Below the pieces are notes generated by a model. It ran no database searches and was not told where the DNA came from. It saw nothing but the letters and a program-made list of their open reading frames with translations. Of a DNA stretch of 64,000 nt, positions 54,175-63,821 are shown piece by piece (within the stretch, counting starts at the first letter, position 1; each line of letters opens with the position of its first letter). Origin of the DNA: an archaeon. GTDB taxonomy: Archaea; Aenigmatarchaeota; Aenigmatarchaeia; Aenigmatarchaeales; JACQIB01. The position numbers were made by a program, and so were the translations under genes. Location: positions 41,298 through 105,297 of the forward strand of contig DATDSO010000004.1 in assembly GCA_035291225.1 (NCBI GenBank), read 5' to 3'.

Positions 54175-55893
54175 CTATCTCACAGCAACAGCAACCCCTC
54201 TCTTGAAATCTTTCATTTCCTGCGAATTTAGAACGGCTGTGCCGCAATTCAAAAACTTTTTTCTGAAATAAACTGCAACTTCTTCTCCGGGGAAAATATT
54301 TTTGTCTGCCCGAGAAACAAATTTTGCGAAAACGCTCCTGCCGGCTTTTGCGTGCTCGGCAACTTCCTTGTCCTTGACAAAAACTTTTTTCATTGGAATT
54401 TTCTCAGCAGAAAATTTCGTTGGAATAAAAAATCCATCATGCGGCCTGAAAGTTCCGAGCAAAACTTTTTTGCTGTCCCACGCGCGCACAGGCCTGCCTG
54501 TGTTTTTGGAAACTTCCACGAAAACTTTCTTGAATTTTTTGTCAGCGGATTTTCCAAATTGATATTGAACTGTTTGCCGGAAAACTTCCTCTGGTTTGGC
54601 TTTTGCTTTTTCAAATCTCTGGCTTGGAACAATGCTCTGCGAAAATGGATAAGCCCACTTGAGCCCAACAGGAATTTTTCCAAACGGCTCTTTGCGGAAA
54701 AACTTTTTCGCGCGCACATTTTTCAAAAATTCTTTTGCGCGCAAAATCTCAGGCCTAAAGTTTGATTCCTCTCCGAGCCAAAGCAAAGCAGATTTTTTTG
54801 AAACCAGCTCGCGGACGGAAAAATATTTTGGATAATTTTCCCAAACATGGGCGAGCGCGCGGAGCAAATTCGGATGCGCGCGGGCTCGCTGCTGCACCAA
54901 TTCCCACAGCCACTGCCCGCGAATCGCCTCTCTGACAGTTCGCATTTCAGCCATTGTTGTGTACAAATTGTGCCGCGTTAAAAATTCCTCCTGCTTTTCT
55001 TTTTCCATTTTTTTAATTTCAAATGGGTTTGAATTTGCGCAGACTTTGCACGCGCAGGGAAATTCCGAAAGCTCAGAAAGATTTTGCGTGCCGCTCAAAG
55101 TCAGGTAAGCCCCGCGCTGGGCAGCAAGAGAATACATTGCAGAATCAAATAAATCGCAGCCCACTGCTGCTAAAAAAGCAAAAGTTATTGGATGGCCTGC
55201 GCCAAATGCGTGCACAGGCTTGTTTGCCGGCAGATTTTGCTTGCAGGTTATGATTATGTCAGCGAGCTCTCTGAATCTATACTGCTCCATTAGCGGAACA
55301 ATTCCTCCAATGGAAAAAACATCTGGCTCTAATTTCGCAACCTGCTTTGCGGCTGCTGCGCGCAGTTTCAAATGCGAGCCGCCTTGAATTGGGCCGTTTA
55401 ATAAATGAAGAGCATCCCCTGAATTATGTGTTGCAAGAATTTTCTTAGCAGCAGCAATTCTTTCTAAAGTTTGCTTTAATTTTTTATTCGCGATTTTGTA
55501 ATCGTCTTTCGGCAAAGTGAAAATATCCACAGGAGTTATAATATCCGAGCCAAATTTTTTCTGGAACTCCACAATCTCCTCTGCGTTTTCAATTTCAATA
55601 TTCTGCGAGAACATTTGGAAAGTTCCGGAGTCAGTGTAAATCGGGCCGCTGAAATTCAGAAATTTATGCAGGCCTTCTGAAATTACTTTCTTTGTGATTT
55701 CTTCATTCTTCAGAATTATATAAGAATTCGTAATTATGATTTCCACGCCGAATTCTTTTTTCATTTCCGCAGGCGCAATTGCCTGGCGGTTCGGGTTTAC
55801 AACAATCGCAATGTTCGGGGTTTTGATTTCATAATCAGAAATTTTCCATTTGCACAAGCGGGCGGCTGCGTCTCTGTCTGAGAGCTCGAACAT
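54175..55893 (-). CDS. tgtA: Archaeosine tRNA-guanine transglycosylase (ArcTGT, with C-terminal PUA-type extension)
   Basis: Catalytic YTDSGTFQ, the zinc site CACKVCANSNP...H, and GAGHP...GCDLFDSAMY. At 572 aa it includes the C-terminal domains. Confidence 0.85.
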   Translation of the reverse strand: MFELSDRDAAARLCKWKISDYEIKTPNIAIVVNPNRQAIAPAEMKKEFGVEIIITNSYIILKNEEITKKVISEGLHKFLNFSGPIYTDSGTFQMFSQNIEIENAEEIVEFQKKFGSDIITPVDIFTLPKDDYKIANKKLKQTLERIAAAKKILATHNSGDALHLLNGPIQGGSHLKLRAAAAKQVAKLEPDVFSIGGIVPLMEQYRFRELADIIITCKQNLPANKPVHAFGAGHPITFAFLAAVGCDLFDSAMYSLAAQRGAYLTLSGTQNLSELSEFPCACKVCANSNPFEIKKMEKEKQEEFLTRHNLYTTMAEMRTVREAIRGQWLWELVQQRARAHPNLLRALAHVWENYPKYFSVRELVSKKSALLWLGEESNFRPEILRAKEFLKNVRAKKFFRKEPFGKIPVGLKWAYPFSQSIVPSQRFEKAKAKPEEVFRQTVQYQFGKSADKKFKKVFVEVSKNTGRPVRAWDSKKVLLGTFRPHDGFFIPTKFSAEKIPMKKVFVKDKEVAEHAKAGRSVFAKFVSRADKNIFPGEEVAVYFRKKFLNCGTAVLNSQEMKDFKRGVAVAVR

Positions 55894-55943
55894 ATGTTTA
55901 GATTTGCAGATGAGTTTAAATTGATCGAAAATAAATTAAAAAT

Positions 55944-56795
55944 ATGCTAACAGAAGAACTCCATGCGAAATCCATTCTGACAAAATCAGGCCTGCCTGAT
56001 TCAGATTATGTTGTAAATCCTTACACAGGCTGCGCATTTGGCTGCCAGTATTGCTACGCTGCTTTCATGCGCAAGTGGCACCATCCTGAGATTGAATGGG
56101 GAGATTATGTCGGCGTGAAAGTAAACGCGCCTGAGCTTTTGCTAAAGGAAATAAAAAAACTTTCTGGAACAGAATCGATTTTCTTTTCTTCTGTTACAGA
56201 TTGCTATCAGCCTGCAGAAAGCAAATTCAAACTCACGCGCGCGTGCCTGAAAGTTATTGCTGAAGAAAAATATTCTGGCCCGATTTCAATTCTTACAAAA
56301 TCTCCGCTCTGCCTGCGCGACATAGATATTTTCAAGCAGATAAAAGATTTTGAAATCGGGATGACTGTAACAACAACAGAAGACCAGCTCGGCTCGCTTA
56401 TAGAAAAGCTCGCGCCGCCTTCTGACTCGCGCATAACTGCTTTGAAAAAATTAAAGCAGGCAGGCTTGAGAACATATGCTTTTGTCGGGCCGCTTCTTCC
56501 ACACTTTGCCTCTGATGCGAAAAATCTGGAAAAGCTTTTTGGAAAATTAGAAAATGCTGGAGTGGATTACATTTACTTGGAGCATATTAATCTCTCGCCT
56601 TACATAAAGAAAATGCTTTTTGATTTTGTTGAGAAGAAAGCTCCGTTGCTTTTGGATGGATTAAAGCAAGCTGAAACTGAAAGCTACAGGCGGGATTTAG
56701 AAAAGAAAATAAAAGAGATTATTTCTTCTACAAAACTGATTGTGAAAAACAATGATGTTATGGAGCATGGAAAGTTTTCTGGAAGGAAAATTTAA
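55944..56795 (+). CDS. Radical SAM protein, SPL/DNA-photolyase-like family (COG1533 type)
   Basis: NPYTGCAFGCQYCYA, a CX3CX2C cluster in the characteristic SplB-family context. Confidence 0.6.
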   Translation: MLTEELHAKSILTKSGLPDSDYVVNPYTGCAFGCQYCYAAFMRKWHHPEIEWGDYVGVKVNAPELLLKEIKKLSGTESIFFSSVTDCYQPAESKFKLTRACLKVIAEEKYSGPISILTKSPLCLRDIDIFKQIKDFEIGMTVTTTEDQLGSLIEKLAPPSDSRITALKKLKQAGLRTYAFVGPLLPHFASDAKNLEKLFGKLENAGVDYIYLEHINLSPYIKKMLFDFVEKKAPLLLDGLKQAETESYRRDLEKKIKEIISSTKLIVKNNDVMEHGKFSGRKI

Positions 56796-56802
56796 TTTTT
56801 CA

Positions 56803-58191
56803 TTAACGCCTACCGGCTATTCTGTCTCCGCGCGGGCGGATTGAAAGAGCATTTTCCTCTTTTGCAAATTGCAGTCCCTTAACATCTACAGGGAATCGGC
56901 TGCTCAATCCAATTTCCCCTTTACCATCTTTGAAGCTTATTCTAACTTCATAATCAGCAAACTCTTTCAGGGAATCCAAGTTTGGACTTCCGTCTGAAAC
57001 AACTAACACCAAAAGCCCCTCAGCTTCAGCTACCATATCTCTTACTCTTGAAAGAGATTCTTGGTGATCGGCTCCTATTTCTTTTTCTTCATCCACCAGC
57101 GGATATTTGTGGGTTTCTATTACAACCCGCGGGCTGTCATCTTCATGCGTTCCAAGCCATTTAACAAGATGCGTATGAACATTCGGAGATTTTCCCCTTT
57201 GCTCCATTGTGTAAGCATCATAAATATCAGGAATTTCTCTGTCAGGTTTTCTGTCAAGTAGAGCGTTAAACTCTTTTATTATAGCTTCCTCGTTCATGTT
57301 TGTTGTCACATAGCGCAGCGGCATTCCCATACTTATTGCGCGCGCTGCAATTTTTCTTGCGAGCCTGTCCCTTCCAGAATATACATCACCAACAATCATT
57401 ACTGTGGAACCTGCTTTGAAACCCCCATAGAGCGCGTCATCAAGAACCCTATCTCCGGTTGCTATTTTTCCAGATTTTTTCTCGTAGGCTTTTGAAGTTT
57501 TTCTCATCTCCTCAACTGCCATCTGCAAATCCTGCGACAGTCTTGAAACTCCTTCACCTCCTAGCTCACTAAGAAGACCTTCAAATATTTCCATCTTTCC
57601 TGCTTTAACTGCAAGAGCTGCTTCGCGCGCTTTCAGCTCCTCTTCTTTTCTGTTAACATCAAAAACTTTTTTCCAAAGACCGTCTGCTTCTTTTCTCAGA
57701 TTTCCCATCTCTCCGAGCTCGGCTTCAAGATGCCCTGCTCTTTCCTGAGCAGCAGAAAGCTCAATGTGAAGAAGTTCCTCTTTTTCTGAATATTCTTTTT
57801 CAAGCTTAGCTCTTACTTCACCGGCGCTTAAAGAAATTCTTTGTTCAACTCCGGCTTCCAGAATGGCGCGCTCTTCCTTTGCTCTCTCAAGTTCTGCCTG
57901 CGCGGCTTCTTTTTGTTTTCTTAGTTCACTTACGCGCCCATATAATTTTTGAATGTTTACTTTCTGTCGATCTAATTCCAAAGATGTTGCTCTTTCATAA
58001 TCTTTCATCTGCACTAAACCTCTCAGCGCCAGACTTGCTGCAGCTTCGAGAACCTCCAGATAACTTTCAGGCGTTGGATCTGCAACATAAGCTCCGTGGC
58101 GCCTGCCAAGCTCTTCAAACCTCTCCATCAAATTTCCATAGTCAGGTCTAACAATTGTAGAGCTGACGCTATCTGGAATTTTATCTGGCAT
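56803..58191 (-). CDS. Coiled-coil protein with C-terminal KaiC/RecA-like domain bearing a degenerate Walker A
   Basis: A long heptad-like central region rich in E, K and R. C-terminal LDDALYGGFKAGSTVMIVGDVYSGRDRLA resembles a KaiC-type ATPase, with the GKT replaced by GRD. Confidence 0.4.
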   Translation of the reverse strand: MPDKIPDSVSSTIVRPDYGNLMERFEELGRRHGAYVADPTPESYLEVLEAAASLALRGLVQMKDYERATSLELDRQKVNIQKLYGRVSELRKQKEAAQAELERAKEERAILEAGVEQRISLSAGEVRAKLEKEYSEKEELLHIELSAAQERAGHLEAELGEMGNLRKEADGLWKKVFDVNRKEEELKAREAALAVKAGKMEIFEGLLSELGGEGVSRLSQDLQMAVEEMRKTSKAYEKKSGKIATGDRVLDDALYGGFKAGSTVMIVGDVYSGRDRLARKIAARAISMGMPLRYVTTNMNEEAIIKEFNALLDRKPDREIPDIYDAYTMEQRGKSPNVHTHLVKWLGTHEDDSPRVVIETHKYPLVDEEKEIGADHQESLSRVRDMVAEAEGLLVLVVSDGSPNLDSLKEFADYEVRISFKDGKGEIGLSSRFPVDVKGLQFAKEENALSIRPRGDRIAGRR

Positions 58192-58355
58192 TAAGAGTAT
58201 CTGCTTTTGTTCTATTTAAACAAGAAGGCTTTTCAGAAAGCTTTTAAAGTTTTCGGTGGCTGTTGGAAATATATTTTAGAGGTCAACTTTGGCTGGCATC
58301 TACCACAATTTAATTTGTCCTATAATTATTTAAGCTTTCCTTCCCAACTCCAGAC

Positions 58356-59690
58356 ATGGACCTCGGACTTCGCGAAAAAGTAATAATAATAAATTCAGGC
58401 AAGTGCGCATGGGGCGGCTGCACTTACTGCGGATGGGGCAGGCTTGTCGCAAAGAAAAAAAATATGCATGAGCTGAAAAAATTCTGGGATGAGCAGGTAG
58501 CTGACATAAAGCCCGGCTCAATTGACAGAATAAAAATTTTCAACTCTGGATGCTTCCTTGATGAAAAACAAATTGTTCCTGCTTTTAGAAGCTATGTTGT
58601 GCGCTCATGCGAAAAGCTTGGAGTGAAAAGCTTGATAGTTGAAAGCTTTCCAAAATTCATCACGCCGGAAAATTTGGAGAATATGCAATCGGATAAAGTG
58701 AAAATTCTCGCTGGCATTGGTTTGGAAGTTGCAGATGATGAGGGATTGAAACTTGTGCAGAAAGGATTTACGCTAAAAGAATTTGCTGACGCGCGCGAAA
58801 TTCTAAAAAAGTTTGGCTGGGGCATACGCGCCTATTTGCTTGTGAACGCGCCGAAGTGCGAAAAAATTTCACTGCAAAAAACAGTTGAATGGGCGCGAGA
58901 GCATTCGGATGAAATTATTTTGATAAACACTCTGCCGCACTATGCTGCGCCGATTATGGATATGTGGCTTGGCAGGGAGTGGAAGCCTCTGGACAGAAAG
59001 CAATTCAATGAAGCTGTTGCGCCGTTTGAAAGTTTTTGCGAAACTGATTTTGAGAATTTTTCTTTTGTGCCGGCTTTTCCTTTGAGGCTCAAGAAAAAAA
59101 TCCGCGGCGCAACTGAAGAGGCTTTGAAAAATCCTGCGTTTGAAGTTTGGCAGGATTTTATCTGCAGGTTTTGGGTTCCTCCAAAAGAAAAAGAAATTTT
59201 ATTTTTCATTCCGTGCGCTTTCAGAAAGCCTTATCCGAATTCGCAGCTGCATAAGGCAATAATGTCTGTTGCAACAAAAGCAAAAGATTTTGAGAAAATG
59301 CAGTTTTGCGTTGTAAGCACGCCAGGCATTGTTCCATTGCAGTTTTCCCAGAGGTATCCGTTTGATTCTTATGACTGGCCTGAATGGGAGGAAACTGAAG
59401 AGATAAAGAAAATTTACACGCAGGTTACGCAAGAAAGAGTTGAAAATTTTCTGGCAGCGCACGCTGGCAAATACAAAAAAATAATTTCCTATTTCAAGCC
59501 AGCCTCGGAAAGCTTTGTTGCTTTGCGGGCCGCGTGCGAGAAATTAAATTTGAATTTGGAAAATTTAATTTCTGAAAAGGAATTTGAAAACGTTTCTGAA
59601 ATGAAAAATCCTCTGGCTCAGGCGGATGCGCTGGAATGTTTGGGAAGAGGGTTGGGGGTGAAAGCGGTGGCGGTTGCCGCATCGGCATGA
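58356..59690 (+). CDS. Radical-SAM-like Fe-S protein (COG1244/RaSEA-like, possible archaeosine synthesis partner) with C-terminal extension
   Basis: N-terminal Cys cluster GKCAWGGCTYCGWG with CX4CX2C spacing. The remainder looks like a TIM-barrel. Lies about 2.5 kb from tgtA. Confidence 0.45.
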   Translation: MDLGLREKVIIINSGKCAWGGCTYCGWGRLVAKKKNMHELKKFWDEQVADIKPGSIDRIKIFNSGCFLDEKQIVPAFRSYVVRSCEKLGVKSLIVESFPKFITPENLENMQSDKVKILAGIGLEVADDEGLKLVQKGFTLKEFADAREILKKFGWGIRAYLLVNAPKCEKISLQKTVEWAREHSDEIILINTLPHYAAPIMDMWLGREWKPLDRKQFNEAVAPFESFCETDFENFSFVPAFPLRLKKKIRGATEEALKNPAFEVWQDFICRFWVPPKEKEILFFIPCAFRKPYPNSQLHKAIMSVATKAKDFEKMQFCVVSTPGIVPLQFSQRYPFDSYDWPEWEETEEIKKIYTQVTQERVENFLAAHAGKYKKIISYFKPASESFVALRAACEKLNLNLENLISEKEFENVSEMKNPLAQADALECLGRGLGVKAVAVAASA

Positions 59691-59693
59691 TTC

Positions 59694-60098
59694 CTACCAC
59701 CTCAACAAACCTTCTTTTATGCAAAGCGGAATAACCTGATTTTCAATTGATGGCGGGAGCTTTATTCCATCTTGCTTGTAGTTGCTGCCAATAAATTTAT
59801 GCTCTTCAAGCTCGGGATCGATTATTTCAATGTCGCCGCTGAGCTCAACAAGAAACACTGAAAGCCTTACAGTGGCGTCATCGAAAACTGCTTTATCTTC
59901 AAAGTCTCCGAGCTTCCTTATTATTTTTGCGCCGCAATTCGCCTCTTCTTTGATTTCCCGAAGCAGGCACTGCTCTTCTGTTTCATTCGGCTCAATCCGT
60001 CCGCCAAGGCTTGTCCACATGTCTTTTCCAACTTTGCGAACCATTAGAAATTTATTGTCATTGATTACTACGGCGGCAATTTTGTGTATGAGCGTCAT
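59694..60098 (-). CDS. Nudix hydrolase
   Basis: Nudix box GGRIEPNETEEQCLLREIKEEANC. Confidence 0.75.
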   Translation of the reverse strand: MTLIHKIAAVVINDNKFLMVRKVGKDMWTSLGGRIEPNETEEQCLLREIKEEANCGAKIIRKLGDFEDKAVFDDATVRLSVFLVELSGDIEIIDPELEEHKFIGSNYKQDGIKLPPSIENQVIPLCIKEGLLRW

Positions 60099-61168
60099 GG
60101 AACCAAACTCCTATCTGATTTTGTTAAAATCTCAAAACCATTTTTTGTTTTCAGAAACATATCTTCAATTCTCACGCCGCCGAATTTTGGAATGTAAATT
60201 CCCGGCTCAATTGTGAAAACTGTTCCTGTGCGCAATTTGTCTTTTGAGTTCGGCCCGACATATGGAACCTCATGCACTTCAACTCCGATTCCGTGACCTG
60301 TGCCGTGAATTAAATTGTAGCCGAATTTTTTAATCCATGCGCGCGTGGCTGCATCAACCTCAACAGCTTTTCCTGAATTTATTTTTTCAATTGCAAATTT
60401 CTGCGCGTGCGCAACAATTGAGAAAATCTTTTCTTCTTTCAGAGGAGGCTTTAAGCAAAATGTGCGCGTTGTGTCCGAGCAATAGCTTTTGTAAATTGCG
60501 CCCAAGTCAACAACAACCAAGTCTGTTGATTTTATTTTCCTGCTTGATGTTGTGTGATGCGGCAGAGCGGAGTTCGGGCCTGAGCCAACAATTGTTTCAA
60601 AGGAAAACCATTCTGCGCCAGCCTTTCTCATTTCAGTTTCAGCAACAGCAGCGAGCTCTGCTTCTGTGATTCCTGGCCGCAAGGATTCTCTTACTGCTTT
60701 TTCCGCCGAGTCTGCTATTGCTGCCGCGCGCCTGATTAATTTTATTTCCTCCGGCTCTTTGAGCGCGCGCTGCTGAGTTATTGAGCTTGAGATTTCATAA
60801 GTTTTCGCGCGCAGAAATTTATTGGCGCGGGCAAACTGAGAAATTGTTAGAGAAGATTTTTCCATGCCGATTTTTTTAAATTTTAATTTTTCCCCGCGGG
60901 CATAATTTTTTATTGCTTCAAAAATTGATTTCGTGCGCACGTCCGCGCCTTCGCGGCCAACAGAAAGAGAAAGAAAGCCTGAAAGCTGTGCGCGGGATTT
61001 TTCCAGAGTGTTTGTGAAAACAACTGGCTTCGCATCCGCAGGAACAAAAACAACTGAGCCTAGATTGCGCTGGCCTGTGAAGTAAGTTACATTAGGATCT
61101 GTGAGAATTACTGCGGCATCCAGTTTGCTTTTTCTGAGAGCTTCTTGGAAGCGGGAGATTTTTTGCAT
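60095..61168 (-). CDS. Xaa-Pro aminopeptidase / M24-family metallopeptidase
   Basis: Pita-bread fold motifs (VVDLGAIYKSYCSD; HGTGHGIGVEVHE; FTIEPGIY; VRIED). Confidence 0.88.
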   Translation of the reverse strand: MQKISRFQEALRKSKLDAAVILTDPNVTYFTGQRNLGSVVFVPADAKPVVFTNTLEKSRAQLSGFLSLSVGREGADVRTKSIFEAIKNYARGEKLKFKKIGMEKSSLTISQFARANKFLRAKTYEISSSITQQRALKEPEEIKLIRRAAAIADSAEKAVRESLRPGITEAELAAVAETEMRKAGAEWFSFETIVGSGPNSALPHHTTSSRKIKSTDLVVVDLGAIYKSYCSDTTRTFCLKPPLKEEKIFSIVAHAQKFAIEKINSGKAVEVDAATRAWIKKFGYNLIHGTGHGIGVEVHEVPYVGPNSKDKLRTGTVFTIEPGIYIPKFGGVRIEDMFLKTKNGFEILTKSDRSLVP

Positions 61169-61189
61169 TGAAGGACTTGTTTTCTGTAT

Positions 61190-61534
61190 TTAAACTATTT
61201 TTTTAAGACGTATTATAGCTTCAGCCAAATCTCCGCCAGTTTCTTCGAGAGCTTTTTTTGCTTCTGTTTCAGAAATTCCTGATTGCTCCACAACTGTTTT
61301 CACATCTTCATCAGAAAATCTTTCTTTTTGTCTCTCTGAAACATTTCCAACAATCTGGAAAGTTTCCTGTCCACCCATTTTTATTTTTGAAACCTGCGGC
61401 TCGCTTATTATAATTTCTTTTTCTGCTGTGCGTATCACAACTTCAGTCGCATCAATATTTTCTGTTTGCATGCCCATCTGCTTCATCATTTTTTCCATTT
61501 GCTTTGGGTCTATTTTGGGAAACATATTTTTCAC
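61190..61534 (-). CDS. nac: Nascent polypeptide-associated complex protein (NAC alpha)
   Basis: NAC domain (VVIRTAEKEIIISEPQV) together with a C-terminal UBA-like segment (ISETEAKKALEETGGDLAEAIIRL). Confidence 0.8.
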   Translation of the reverse strand: MKNMFPKIDPKQMEKMMKQMGMQTENIDATEVVIRTAEKEIIISEPQVSKIKMGGQETFQIVGNVSERQKERFSDEDVKTVVEQSGISETEAKKALEETGGDLAEAIIRLKKIV

Positions 61535-62028
61535 TTCGCAAGCATTTTATTTACAGCCTTGTGCAGATTTGGAATTGTATTGAACCTTTTTATTTCTTCC
61601 GGCTTTGCCCATTTATAGCTCGTGTGCTCCCAGTCAAGCTTTATTTTTCCTTTGCTTTTCAGCTCAGCGAGCACAGGAAAAACAATCCAAACTTTTTTTA
61701 TTTTCTTGTCAGCAGCGCGGAATGATTTGAAAACTTTTATTCTTTTCACATTTTCCTTTTCCACTCCAAGCTCCTCTTTTATTTCTTCAAGAGCCTTTTC
61801 CCGCACGGATTTGAATTCATCCAAGTAGCCGCCTATTGTATTCCACTTTCCTTTGTAGCTTCTGACTTTTCTGCTGCGCTTCAGGAGAAGGACTTTTCCT
61901 TTGCAGACAACTGTGCAGTTTATCACAGGCACAAGTTTGGCATGGCTGTAATTAATTCTTCCATCAGGAAAATGCGGGAGCTCGCTGGAAAGTTTTTTCA
62001 GAAGCACGAAAAGATTTTTGTTTCCCAT
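61531..62028 (-). CDS. Nudix hydrolase
   Basis: Nudix box GGYLDEFKSVREKALEEIKEELGVE. Confidence 0.75.
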   Translation of the reverse strand: MGNKNLFVLLKKLSSELPHFPDGRINYSHAKLVPVINCTVVCKGKVLLLKRSRKVRSYKGKWNTIGGYLDEFKSVREKALEEIKEELGVEKENVKRIKVFKSFRAADKKIKKVWIVFPVLAELKSKGKIKLDWEHTSYKWAKPEEIKRFNTIPNLHKAVNKMLAK

Positions 62029-62148
62029 AAAAGAATTTGTATTTCGCTGTTAATAAATTGAAAGAAAATTTATGGTTTCCCATGGTTTCTGCCTGGTTTC
62101 TCAAGTTCCATTATACCCCATCTTTTAGCATATTTTTAATGTGATTTT

Positions 62149-63360
62149 ATGCTAGAATTAATATTCGCATTTACAATCGGCACAGCGCTCGGAGTCCTCG
62201 CCGGCCTAATCCCAGGCTTGCACCAAAACAATTTCATTCCGATAATTTTGGGCGCGAGTTTTTTGTTTGAGCCAATGAGCGCTGCGATAATTCTAATTAG
62301 CGCAGCAGTTGTGAATTCTTTTGTAAATTACATTCCATCAATTTTACTTGGCGCTCCTGAGGATTCTTCAGCACTATCAGTTCTACCAGGCCATCGCTTG
62401 CTTCTGCAAGGAAGGGGCTATGAGGCAATTAGGCTTACTGTAATTGGAAATTTTCTTGGAGCTGTTTTTGCAGTTGCATCCCTGCCGCTATTTACAATTA
62501 TCGTGCCTGAACTCTACGACATTGTACGCCCAAATCTTTTTTGGATTCTTTCTTTTGTTGTTGTGTATATGATTTTTTCTGAAAAATCTTTCAGGCAGAT
62601 ATTTCTCGCTGTTTTGGTTTTTTCTTTGAGCGGGGCGCTTGGATTGATTGTTCTGAACAATTATCCAAATGATTTTCTGTTTCCCTTGCTCGCGGGCTTG
62701 TTCGGCCTGCCAATGCTTTTGCTTTCATTCCAGCAGAAAACAAACTTTCCTGAAAATTTTTCATTCGAAACTGAAAAGCTGAAAAAACGAACAATAGCTT
62801 CTGCTGTCAGCATAGGCTCACTGGCTGGAATTATTGCAGGCCTGCTTCCGGGCGTCGGAAATGCTCAGGCAACTTTAATCGCGCAGGAAGCTGTGGGCTC
62901 GCAGAAAAATTCTCCTGAGCAGGGCGCGAGAAAATTTTTAATTTCTATTGGCAGCGTGAACATGGCTGATTTTATTTATTCTCTGTTTGCTTTGTTTTTG
63001 ATTAACAGGCCGCGCAGCGGAATTGCCGTTGCTGTTGAAAAATTAATGCCAGTGGGCTCAACAGAAATTTTAATTTTCATTGGATTTATTTTGCTTTCAG
63101 CAGTTGTCGGCGCTGTGATAACAACATTGCTCGCGCGCCGCGCTTTGTTTTTCATGCGGCGTGTTTTCTATCCAAGGCTTTCGGCTGCGGTTTTCGTTTT
63201 CATTCTTGCGCTAATTTTTGTTTTCACCGTAGCTGTTGGAATTTTTGTTTCTCTAACTGCGCTTGCGATTGGGCTTGTTGCAAATTTGTCTGGAGTAAAA
63301 AGAAGCCACGCAATGGGCTGTTTGCTTTTGCCAACGATTTTATTTTTTGCTGGGATTTAG
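62149..63360 (+). CDS. TctA-family (DUF112) membrane transporter-like protein
   Basis: Polytopic membrane protein with two repeated GxxPG-containing halves (LAGLIPGLH and IAGLLPGVGNAQAT). Confidence 0.55.
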   Translation: MLELIFAFTIGTALGVLAGLIPGLHQNNFIPIILGASFLFEPMSAAIILISAAVVNSFVNYIPSILLGAPEDSSALSVLPGHRLLLQGRGYEAIRLTVIGNFLGAVFAVASLPLFTIIVPELYDIVRPNLFWILSFVVVYMIFSEKSFRQIFLAVLVFSLSGALGLIVLNNYPNDFLFPLLAGLFGLPMLLLSFQQKTNFPENFSFETEKLKKRTIASAVSIGSLAGIIAGLLPGVGNAQATLIAQEAVGSQKNSPEQGARKFLISIGSVNMADFIYSLFALFLINRPRSGIAVAVEKLMPVGSTEILIFIGFILLSAVVGAVITTLLARRALFFMRRVFYPRLSAAVFVFILALIFVFTVAVGIFVSLTALAIGLVANLSGVKRSHAMGCLLLPTILFFAGI

Positions 63361-63395
63361 AAATCATTTTTCCTTATTGATACATATTTCTCAAT

Positions 63396-63821
63396 TTATG
63401 GAAATTCAAAATAACTTGCTTCAGCTATTGAACCACCAATCTCCCACAACACGTTTTTGTGCGTGCCAAAAGATGCTCTATCAGTCAAGAACCCTTTCTC
63501 TTTGAACATATTAACTGCTTTGTCTAAAACTTCTTTTGCTCTAGCTGGCTCTTCAAGATTGTTTGACATGTGAGCAAATGGCAAAATCAAAACTTTCTCT
63601 GATTTATAAAACTTTTGATTTAGCTCCCGAAATCTTAGAAGTAGAGAATTGATATAATTATCTTTATCATCTTTTTCTATACAAAGCCATATACAAACCA
63701 CATCAGTAAAAATCTTTCTGCCTTTTGACATCTCACTTAACTTTTTTATTCCCGGCGGCCTATTGGATTTCTCTTCGTCTTCGAATTCAAATCTTTTTGT
63801 CTGCCATATTATGCCGCGCAT
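63396..63821 (-). CDS. Free-standing archaeal threonyl-tRNA synthetase editing domain (ThrRS-ed-like)
   Basis: MRGIIWQTKRFEFEDEEK...LILPFAHMSNNLEEPARAKEVLDKAVNMFKEKGFLTDRASFGTHKNV parallels the archaeal ThrRS N-terminal editing domain. The ORF stops after about 141 aa with no catalytic domain downstream. Confidence 0.6.
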   Translation of the reverse strand: MRGIIWQTKRFEFEDEEKSNRPPGIKKLSEMSKGRKIFTDVVCIWLCIEKDDKDNYINSLLLRFRELNQKFYKSEKVLILPFAHMSNNLEEPARAKEVLDKAVNMFKEKGFLTDRASFGTHKNVLWEIGGSIAEASYFEFP

